Shown here: positions 50,153 to 60,608 of the stretch, one piece after another
Layout of the letters: each line of letters starts with the position of its first letter
How positions within the stretch are numbered: position 1 is the stretch's first letter
Assembly: GCF_000315625.1 (NCBI RefSeq)
Contig: NW_005434668.1
Coordinates: 4,852-68,851, forward strand
DNA: 64,000 nt
Direction of reading: 5' to 3'
From: Guillardia theta CCMP2712
Taxonomy: Eukaryota; Protista; Cryptophyta
Notes under the pieces: generated by a model
Database searches by the model: none
What the model was told of the DNA's origin: nothing
Seen by the model: only the letters and a program-made list of their open reading frames with translations
Position numbers and translations under genes: made by a program

Positions 50153-50382
50153 GGGGGAAGAGGAGCACGTTGATCTGACTGAGTATCAGGGCTTCTTACA
50201 TGACACGCTATCTCTTCGATAAACCAAGTACAAGTAACGTTCCGCGTGTGTAGCAATAGAATTTTGAAGATCGTGTTTCTGCTCCTCAATTCTACTTTCC
50301 TATGGTTTCTTTCCTCCCTTCTCAACCTCTATCTCTTGAATATTCTTACACAATCTTCCTCTCTATCCAGAATTGTTTCCTC

Positions 50383-51420
50383 TCATCTCTTCCAGTCTGG
50401 TTGTACTTTCACAAAGTTGCTTATTCTCTTCGCAACTGTCTTTGTGTCACAGATTGAGATCTGTTGAGCCAAAATCACCAAAACATGTGCAAATAAAATC
50501 GGATGAGGGTTTCCATGCTAAGTTGAAGCTTTCAACAAGTAGCCGCTGTGATGAAAGACTATGATGAACATGATTGAGAAACCCAGCCACCTTAGAGAGA
50601 AGAGGAACACAATGATCTGCCGGTGTGTGAAAGTTTTGGATCTGTTTACATGTACAATACAAGCCGCTTGCCACTTCAATAAAATCCTGCCAAATCCGCT
50701 GCGCTGAATCCACCAGCATCCTGGTATCCTACCAAGGAATCACCTCCTGCTCTCACTCACAAGAGGTTTCCTCACCTGCCGAACCTGAAGAGGGGAATAT
50801 CTGATAAGGACATCCAGTTGTTGCCGTGATGTATGGTGGCCTGTTTGAATATCAGGGATCATGATCGCAGCATCACCGGTTCGCTTCATCTCACATATTG
50901 CTGTCAACGAACGGATAAGCCCACGAGTTGGCGCTGCCTGTCGGCATAATAGATCCTCCTGAGCTGGCGGGAGCAGAGTAGAATTTGCCTCCTCCACAGC
51001 AAGAGCTAGCCTGGGACATGATCTACGAATGGTCATCGATGCACTTGGAGCGAGACAAATTTAGATTATTTCAGGCAGAGGCAAGACAATGAGGGAGAAT
51101 AGGAACAAATGAAACTCACCGAGCTGGGAGTTCCACCTGCTGGCGTGTAGAAGTACGGAAACGAAGTTCCTACAACAAACGTCTTAGTGGGGGTAAGACG
51201 ACTACAGACTCATGGCAAGGAATCAGCGGCATCAGACACGACAGGTTTCAGTCTACAAACAGACAAGTTCTTGAGAGATCATGGCAAGTGCTTCAAACTT
51301 GTTTCTTTCAGCTTGTCTGTGAACAGAATCTGAGCTCTTATCTTGGACCATTCTTCTTGCTCACTCCCTTGATCGCTAGGGTACGCATCGCGGGTTACCT
51401 CCTGCGGCGACTGCCGCCAT
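50383..51420 (-). CDS. Hypothetical multi-exon helical protein, weakly cullin-repeat-like
   Basis: ATG GCG GCA at 51420 with a nearby GT donor. Exons include LVDSAQRIWQDFIE, CVPLLSKVAGFLNHVH and LLVESFNLAWK. Splicing was not fully resolved. Confidence 0.4.
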
Positions 51421-52727
51421 CCCAAAGGACAAAGGATTGAACTAGGGTTGAACTGGGATCACACAAGTTGAAAATAGAGAGTAGAATTTGAAATCGAAAT
51501 TGGTTCATTCCCGGTCCCGGGCCCGCGGTCGGGCCGTCCCGCAGTGAGTCCGATCAGCAAAGTTCTATATTGTTTTTGCGAGGCTACTACTGGCTGATTT
51601 GTACCAGCCAGTAGTATCTTGGTATGTCGTAGAATGTACACAATTGTTTTTAGCCCGAGTTGCCCTCTTTTGCATCTGTACTGACCAGATTACTGTGTAA
51701 AAAATCATAAAAAGAAAACTCTAAATCCCCTTAGAGATGTTTCTCCAGATCTGTACCAGAGATACCATATTTCTCTAAAAGTATATAATAAAATACTATA
51801 AAGTTAGTTAATGAAATATAACTTTCACAAATAAAATAGTTTTGAGTGTTTTACAATTATAACTGATACAACTGGTACCCCCACAGCCCCCCTTCTCTCA
51901 CCCGTACACCCAAGTCACCCTTACCACCCCCACCCCACCCTTTTTCCACCCTGACTAGCACCCAATCTATCTACTACCCACCCCATATACAATCCTGACC
52001 CCCTCAAATCCCTACCCAACTACACATCAGTGACTACCCGGTCATGACAGACCATTCTATAGCACTACCCCTTCTCGCTATGCAAACTACCCTTCTACCC
52101 CCATTGTCCACATCAGCTACCACATCCGTCCACCCTCTCGCGCTATGGACCCACCCCTGAATGTGACAACCTCCTATCTACCACTACCCGTGCTATAGGT
52201 TGACTCAGCTCTCACCCGTCCTATTTCCTCAACACACCCTATCTTTACTCATTACCCTACCCTTGTGGTACCTCACACTACCCCACCCCCACCTTCCACC
52301 CGCCACAATCGGCCGCGCCCGTATGCACCATCCTCCTCCTCTCCTCTGCCCGGACAGTGCATCGCCTTCTCCCTATCCCGCCCGCCCCCGCTTCTCCTTA
52401 TCTCCTTCGTGTTCTTGCCAACGTGAACATCCTTTCCCTCATCCCCGAATGCATTCGACCGGGCCTCTTCTTCCCTCGCTCTGCGACTTGTGAGCTGGGT
52501 CTTCCTGTCTCCTCATAGAGCCATGAAGTGGGCGTAAACGTTGAGGATCAATTTTCTGTTTCCATGGCATCACTAGTGGAGAAGCTGATCCTTGCACGTT
52601 GATGCGTGTCATGTCTTTCACTCTTTGTATTGAATGTGTACCTGGGGCAGGTCCAAAAGCTCAAAATTTTCATGTCGATTGCTTTTTCATCTTGCTGAGT
52701 TTTCATGACAGGGGGACCGAAAGTGTT

Positions 52728-55700
52728 ATGGCAACATCTTCTCCTGCACGGGATTTCGATGATAATGACGATGATCCGTTGTACGAGCCGTCAGCGCCTG
52801 ATGCAACTGGCAGTGTGGAGAGCACGGGCGATTCAACTAGTTTGTTTGGACAATTCACTTGGACAGTTGCTCTGCCGGCAGCACCTGCAGACAAGGACTC
52901 ACTAGCTGACATCAGCAAAATAAGACAGTTCAGGTAGTTGGCAGCAGCATCTGTCTTTGTTGTAGATCTGAACATGATGACGCAGTGATGTTTTTGAAGT
53001 GGGAGGATTCGAATGGAAACTGGAAATGTATCCATATGGAGACAGTCAGAGTGACAAAACTTTGTCTGTTTTTCTCTGTGCGGTGGATCGTAAACAGTTG
53101 CCGGGGTGGAGTCAAACTGCACATTATCAGATCACAGTGGTGAGCTGTCATATGGCAGGGGCAACACATGTTTTGTTGCTCATTTGATTGTCTAGGTCAA
53201 CAAGGATCTCCCCAAATCATCTACTCATACAGGATATGACATTTTTAGGGGAAAACGTGATAGTGCATGGGGCTGGAGTAAACTCATAAGCCTCAGCAAG
53301 CTACATGATCAAGCACAGGGCTGGGTGGACGATGGAGGAAATATCACTATCCAAGCAACGGTGCATGTTGTCACGCATGATTATATGCCCGTTAATCGAA
53401 CGTACATTTGCCCTCTCGCTATATTTTCATCTCTGATTATGCTGATGAAGGTATCGCAAGTCCCTCTGTGGATTGTATTACGAAAGAGTTTTGCAAAGCT
53501 ACTTCGAGCCATTCTTGAAGGACGAGCTCTTGCGGTTGGACAAACTTTGTGGGAACAGTGCTTTGCATAAAGGCTTCAGCGATTTTTGGGTTGCTCTGCC
53601 AGATGCCAACAAAAGAGAGCTGTTACAGATCACTTTGGATGAAGTAATTCGCTTGTGATTTGTTCGTTTGCGTTTTGATTTTGTTGGTTTGAAGGTGTTG
53701 CTCAACGTCAAGGCTCGACTGTTTTCTCGCGATCAGCCGGCTACTTACCTAGCAGCTGATGTGATTTTCAAGGCAGCTCAGGATTGTTCTCAGACCAGTG
53801 CAGTAGAAAGTGTGCAACAAACAGTTGTAGGAAACACTTCGTTGTCTATAGTTTGCGGAGGCGAGGGGACAGTGCTGAGGTTGGAGCGTGTTAGTTCTGA
53901 CAAAAATGCGGCTTCCAATTCGTCCACTAAAAGCACAGAGAAAGCAGCAACAATCGAGCCTGTAGACTCGGAGGTAATATGGGACGACCTCATTCGTCTT
54001 AAACTCAGCTTGTTTGTCAGGGCGCATCGAGCAGTTCGAAGTCTAGCTCGAGGGTTTTTCTTCGCACTTGTAGCGGTGTTATCAGAATGAGCAACAGTGC
54101 AAATTTCGTGGACGTATTTCGATCTCAAGTTTCAGATGCATTGGATAATGTAACATACACTTACCCATGAGATCACAACGGTACTAAAGTTGATAATTTG
54201 CAGGTGAAGGCTTTGGTGAAACACCTGAAACCGCAGAGTTGCGATGGAACTTGTTTAGAGGCAATGGGTCGGCAGATGCTTGCAGTTTTCGCCATGTGTG
54301 GAATGTACATAACAAATGTGCACCCATCTTATCACGAAAAACTTGCTCTACAACTGCAAGAAGACTTGATACGGGAGGAAGAAGAAAAGAATCTGAAAGC
54401 TCAAGCGAAAAAAGCCAAGCAGGCTGAGAAGAAGAAAAAGCAGCAAGGTAAATCTTTGATTTAAAGTGCTGAGAATATCACTTATTGCTTTGACACCAAT
54501 TTTTCTGCAGAGCTCAAAGCACAGAAACGAGCTGAGGAGGAGGCAGCGAAGAAGAAAGCAGAAGAAGAAGAAAAGAAGAAGAAGGAAGAGGAGAAAGAAG
54601 AACGTCGCAAGAAGGAGGAGGAAGCTGCTCGTAAAAAAGCGGAAGCAAAGAGACTGGCGCAGGAAGAGGCTGAGCGCAAGAGAAGGTTGGAACTTGAGGC
54701 TGAGGAGAAGCGAAAGAGGGAAGAAGCTGAACGGAAGCGAGAAGAAGCTGAGAAGAAGAAAGAGGCTGCCGAAAAGAAACGAGAGGCTGCCGAAAAGAAG
54801 AGGGAAGCCGAGGAAAAGAAAAGGGAGGCCGAGGAGAAAAAACAGCGAGAAGAAGCTGAGAGGAGGGCTAGAGAACAGGAGGCTGCGGCACGCCAGGCTG
54901 CGATTGAGCAAGAGAAGGAGAAGGCGAAGGAGAAGGAGGATGAAGTGCCATATGAAGAACAGTTGAAACGGAAAGAGATTGCTGCAATCATGCGGAATAC
55001 CTCTCTTTCTCCGCAAGAAAAGCAAGCAAGAGTTCAAGCCATTTTGGCAGGCAAGGTGGATGTGACTAAGAGTGCTGCTATGCACGTGAGCAGTTCGCAA
55101 GAAGACGCACCAGAAGAGGCGACGGCATCCGAAAAGAGTGCCGCAGCTCGGACAGAAAGGGTTTCTCAAAGAGCTCAAGTCGAGCCAGCTCCCTTTTCTG
55201 TTAGTTCGAGAGCAGATTTCGCTCCGCCGATCCCCTTTAATCCCTTGGCGATGGACTCCTCGGCTGACATAGATGTCGAGGCGGTTGCTTTGCAGGCATT
55301 GGAAGGTTTTGGAGGAGATGACATTATGTCTATTGCGTTGGGGAATATGGGCGCTCCTGCGAATACATGGAACTTTGGTGGGCAACAAGAGTATGTGCCA
55401 GAAAACAGCAAGAGTTTTCAGGTCCCATTCACTCAAAATCATGCTAATTCACAAGGCGCTGCTGGTTCAAGGCTGTTCGAGAAATGGAGTGGCAAGGGGC
55501 ACTCATCGCAGGACAATTCTGTACATAGCAATCATTGTAACGGAAATATGATGTTTCATAACAATGGTTTCGATTCTGAGGAGAACGAGGCAAGCATTGC
55601 TTCAACAGCTTCAGGTACGCGCACCCCGCTTTCTTTCGATGTCGATTTTGCAGAACCCGGCTCACCTGAAATTTCAAAAATAGATGGGAACTACATGTCA

Positions 55701-56885
55701 CATGTTTCGGGAGACTGGGGCGTGGATTCATCTCAGCCCAGCAAGAGACGACAGATATGCCTTTTGCTTGCTTACATTGGGAATGACTTTCAGGGTGGCC
55801 TCACACACCAGAATCCTTCCGTTCGGACTGTTGAAGGTGAACTTTTGAAGGTACTGCGCGCGTCAGGTGCCTTGAATCCGGATCCGTCAATGTCGTCGTT
55901 GGAGAAGATCGGATGGACGCATGCCTGCCTCACTGAACCAGGAGTGCATGCCTCGGGTCAATGCGTGACGGTGGATATTGTGAAGCCTCGGGAAAGTCTA
56001 GCAACTTTCATTGAGCGCTTGAATGCAAGGCTTTCTGGGGACTTGAGGATTCTGAATTGCACCGTGTTTGGCAATTCAAATTATAACAATTTTGGACCTT
56101 CAGCCGCCAAGGGTAGTGGTTCAAAATTCGATGCCGGTAATCATGCCCTCTGCTCGTTTGAGTACGTTATTCCATCAGCATTGTTCTGCGTATTCCCGTC
56201 AAGAATTCTGAACTCAGGAGGTGCTGCTATCTATGAATACTTGCGTCAGTTCAGGATGTCGTCAGTTCGTGAGCAACAGCTGAACTACATTCTACGACAG
56301 TTTCAAACTGGTGGTGTGCGTGGATTGCCATGGTTCCAGGAACAGTGGGATTTCTCTCTGTTCACTGACAAAGCCTTTGCTAATCTGGCACTTGGATCAA
56401 TCAAGTCGTTCAGCATATCGGAGAAGTTGGTGGTTCACGGCATCGAACACCTGGTTCTGCGTGTGGAAGGGGTGAATTTCTTTCCTGGACAAATCATGAA
56501 GATGGTTGGTTTGTCAGTCTTGACCTTGTGTCGCAAGCCAGAATCAACGGATTTGTCTTCGCTCCTGCAAGAGGCGGTGAGCATGCTTTCATTTCTCTTG
56601 ACCTCCCCTACTTCGTGAAACAGTTACTCTAATTTGTGGAACTGACCTTGCTTGCAGACTCTGATACGTAAAGTATTGCGCCATGAATATGAGATTACGA
56701 TTCCCTCACCACCAAGTCATGGACTTATTCTGGATAAGGTGCTCTACGGTTCTGACGAGCACATCGTGAACGGGCAGGCGCACAAAGCCATTGAGCTTTA
56801 CAAGAGGGGAACGATCTATCAGTCAGTGTGCTCCTCTGCGATGGTTCACCGTTTTGTCGAGTGGTTTATTGGGGGCTCCATGTAA
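52728..56885 (+). CDS. TRAF1/MUSE13-14-like MATH-domain protein with charged coiled coil and C-terminal PUS1/TruA-like domain
   Basis: MATH: FTWTV, FEVGGFEWKLEMYPYG, LSVFLC, WGWSKLISL. MGRQMLAVF...EKLALQLQEDLIREEE resembles plant TRAF1a/b. PUS1-like: RQICLLLAYIGNDFQG, RTVEGEL, TEPGVHASGQ, GQIMKMVG, IPSPPSHGLIL. The coil and PUS domain share one 643-aa ORF. Confidence 0.85.
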
Positions 56886-57140
56886 GATGCAAGTCCACTA
56901 AGTTGCTGCAATTCCAGACATATCCCTTACCAATAAACCGCTTGCTCCCTTATCCTCCGTCTCTGAGGCACGCCGCCGGTGATCGGCGGGCCTGTACCGT
57001 CTGAGAGTCTGCTGGGGCGGCCACTGGGCCAGTTGGATTCCGGGACTCTGCACCCGGCGGGCTGAAGTGCCCGCCGCCGGGCGCTGGCCGGGGCTTCAAG
57101 TGTCCGAGTCAATGCGTCTCGGAACTGTGAACTCGTTTTC

Positions 57141-57295
57141 TTTACTCAAGTTAAGTTAAAAATTAGTACGAGTCGAGGCTGTGGCCGCCGCCGAAGGAAT
57201 GAGGAATGCACGGCCCGCGATCCGGCTGGCATCGGATGATGGCAGCGAACCCTAGTCGGCCAACATTTACTCAAAGTTAAGTTAAAGTTCAGTAC
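57141..57295 (+). promoter_or_regulatory. Conserved 30-bp dyad motif, copies 4 (57141-57169) and 5 (57266-57295), upstream of RPL38
   Basis: TTTACTCAAGTTAAGTTAAAAATTAGTACGAG and TTTACTCAAAGTTAAGTTAAAGTTCAGTAC. Confidence 0.6.
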
Positions 57296-57422
57296 CCTAG
57301 TCACTTTAAAACGGTTACCCCTGAGGTTTGGAACGGCAGTCACAGTAACGGTCCACCAGCATGGCCTGACGGTTATTATTTTAACCGCTTGGAAATTTTT
57401 TTTTAGCACGAGCGCCGACACC

Positions 57423-58288
57423 ATGGTATGCGCATGCACAGAGAAGGGGGACAAGGAGGAAGGAGAAGGCAAAGAGATGAGAGGAAGAAGACGAGGGAGC
57501 TGAAGATTTTTAGCGATCAACGATGAAGATTGACCTGGGTCACTTTGAGGAGAGGGCATGATGTAATCTTGTGGAGAAGTATGGATACTGGAGATACTCT
57601 TGTGATGCTATTTGTACAGTACACAAGATTTTGCTTTCAATCAAATCTCTTGCAAAAGTATTAGACCATGATTGAATACTGTAATGAGCAAAAATCAGTG
57701 ATATAGATGTTGATTAGAATCGTTGGCTTGTCTTGACATCACATTCTCCAACTACACAGTGTGTGGTTGCCGTTCTTGTGATTTCGAGTATAGCAAATAG
57801 GATAGTCTTAAAGATTGTCCATTGAATGATGGTTGGTTTTCTGCCTGCCTCTGTTGCTGTTGGATCTATTCCTGAACCGCTGTTACGTTGTGTGTTCCAT
57901 GTGATTCCCCGGCAAGATACTCTTGTGTGACGACTGTTTCCAGCCCAAGCAGATCAAGGAGATCAAGGATTTTCTTCTTACCGCTCGTCGTAAGGATGCC
58001 AGCTGTGAGCATCTGCTCCTCCCTCCATCAATTTCGTACTGACGGAACAATCAGCTGTCAAGATCAAGAAAGCGCCAGGAGTAACGAAATTCAAGGTTAG
58101 GTGCTCAAAGTACCTCTACACCCTCTGCGTCACGGACTCCGAGAAGGCTGACAAGCTCCGTCAATCTCTCCCTCCAGGTACTTGTCTGCTTGTCTGCTTG
58201 TCTTCCCGTATTCCTACTGCTGTTGTTTGTTGTCGTGTCTTGTGCTGTTGCTGATGTTCTCGCAGGTCTCCAGGTTAAGGATATTTAA
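57423..58288 (+). CDS. RPL38: 60S ribosomal protein L38 (eL38), four exons, the first coding exon being ATG only
   Basis: Spliced [69 protein letters not shown]; missed by the ORF track. Confidence 0.96.
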
Positions 58289-59241
58289 GTTTTTTCCTGC
58301 GCTCGAATGAAAACACAAAAAGACTGATTGTAATTGCTAACACTCAACCATCTGACTTCGTCTTCAACCCGGGGTTGTCTTTACTTCGAAACCATGCGTT
58401 ATAGCCTCTGTGTCCTCGCACTTCAGTACTGATAGCCCTCAGCAAAGACGCTGTGTAGCCTCTCTAAACTCTTAGTAACAGGAGGCATCGAAGGTCATTC
58501 CGGCTCCTGTCACGTGTCATCACTTGCGGAGTTTGAGTTGTCAATTCACTAAAAGCCACTAGTAGCATCTCAGTCACAGGCACTCTCAGTCACTTGCACT
58601 GATGGATTTGCAGTTTGCTCACCCGGGCTGCCAGGCTGTCGGCACGGTCGGGCGATCATGGCCGGGCTAGGCTTTGATCAATGTCAGCGGACCGTAGGTG
58701 ACTCAGTTTGATTACCGTGACTCTTTACTCAGTCGGACGGTACGGTCACTTCGGACGGCCCCCGCTCTATCCGATCGCCGGGGCCCGTTTACAGCCGGTG
58801 GCATGTCCAGGCTCACTGGCAGCCCGGCCGCGGGCCGGGCCCACTACTGTGATTTGCCGTTGGCCCCGGGACAGGGTGGCCGCCGGGCCCCTGCGGCTGA
58901 CCCCGGATTTCCAGCGTAAAAGTAAATAATAAAGGAAGTACGGGGATATTGAAGATCTCCTACAAGATCTCAGACCATCTTTAAAAATAAATTGTTATAT
59001 TCTTCAATTCGACCATATTTGATATGATTTCGGTCTCAAGCTTCAAAATTTAACCAGAGCTGCCTTGTTCATTTCTCAACTCAGAGGAATTATTTGATTC
59101 ATGATGTCAAATAAATTTAGACTTCTTTGTTCGTTTTAAATTATTATATTTTGATTCTAGTACCATTCCAAATATTTCCGTACAGTATTAAAATAGTTTT
59201 GGGTGTATTGGTCTGAGTGGGGAGGAGGGAATATTTTTGCC

Positions 59242-60529
59242 ATGGCTGAGAACGACGGAACGCCCCTGCCCATAATTGTGCGGGTCGGGGAGGAGGAAGC
59301 GACGCTAGAGGGTCCTCCTCCGGACACCATGCTGGAACTAGAAGAGAAGACGCGCCATGCACTTGGGTATGGGGCTGGCGCGAAGTTTTGTTTCAAGGTT
59401 TGTGCTTGGTTTGTGGTTGCAGCATCCTGATAAATTGACCTTCCGCCTAGTGGATTGATGAGGAGGAGGATATGATCATGCTGGGCTCAGATGAAGAGCT
59501 CAAGGAATCTCTGTCCTCGGTGTCAAAATCTCAGAGAAAGCTGGTTTTCGTGGGTAAGTGAACGATTTGGATGAATTGCGATGGTGAAAGGATGCACAAG
59601 GTGAAATATCTGGCGATACAAGCAAAGTCGCACCGCATGCACCGCCCGTGCAAGAAGACCTTGACGCAGACCATGCTGTAGAGTATGATGGCGAAGTTGA
59701 AGGATGGATCCTCTTGAAGAAAGACAAGACAAAGAGAGCATGAGCATGGCGAGCTCAGTGATATCTTCTGTGTCGGAGCAGGAGAGGCAGGCTGAGAAAG
59801 AGGTGAGGATGATGCAGGTCTTGCATGCCGACCTGATGCAGCCGGACAGAGTCAAGAAGTTGCTGCTGCTGAGGAAAAGTTCCAACAATTGGAGCAGGAC
59901 CAGAAACTTGCGGCTCGACTGGCTGATGAGATGGAGCAGGCCGAGAAAGCGCAGTTACAAGAGCAGGAGAATGTGATGTTGCCATCTGCCGCCACGATGA
60001 AGATGTTGACGAGAATCATGGATGATGCACACAGATGGCAAGAAAGATGGAAGAACTCCTGCGCATCCAGGACGAACAAGGAGAAGGGGAACAGAGGTAA
60101 GTCGATGGTTCTCCTACATGGCAACCTGATCCTTCTGGAAGTGCGGAAGCGAAGGATGAGCAGGAGGAGAGGGAGGTGAGTGCACTGTTAGGTTGTCTTG
60201 TCGCATGCTTATGATCAACAGGCCCCATGCAAGCAGCAGGCCTCCAAGCAAAACGAAGATGACTTCAGGAATTCCATCGACGAGGTGGCTTGCAACTTTT
60301 ACGATTTCTCCCTGACATACCATGCGCAAAGAAAACTTGGACGCAAATTTTGCAACTCTCTGAGATGGGATTCGGTGAAGACTACCCGATGCTCCTCAAA
60401 GTGTTGGAGAATCATCACGTACCATCGCTCTACCTTGCTGTGACTTTTGCCCCCCTTGACTGATCTGTACAGATGGATTTGCCGTCAGCATGTGAGGCTC
60501 TTGCTGCAGAAGCCGCTTGTCGTGTGTAG
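59242..60529 (+). CDS. PB1 - coiled coil/MIU-like - UBA protein (p62/NBR1-like architecture), multi-exon
   Basis: FCFKWIDEEEDMIMLGSDEELKE (PB1 acidic OPCA motif), EQDQKLAARLADE (MIU/UIM-like), ILQLSEMGFGEDYPMLLKVLENHHMDLPSACEAL (UBA). Confidence 0.75.
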
Positions 60530-60608
60530 AGTTGAGAGTGTGCGAGGGGAGTGTGCGAGCTAAGAGCGATATGGACCGACAATACATAGACACACAACCT
60601 CTAACATA

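Noticed and set aside
54348-55442. 364-aa hydrophobic minus-strand ORF
   Set aside because: Antisense shadow of the E/K/R-rich coiled coil of the MATH-PUS gene.
59683-59723. LIR motif (EGWILL) in the full-length PB1-UBA protein
   Set aside because: That frame stops shortly afterwards. The segment must be intronic for the UBA to be reached, so it is valid only for a hypothetical retained-intron isoform.
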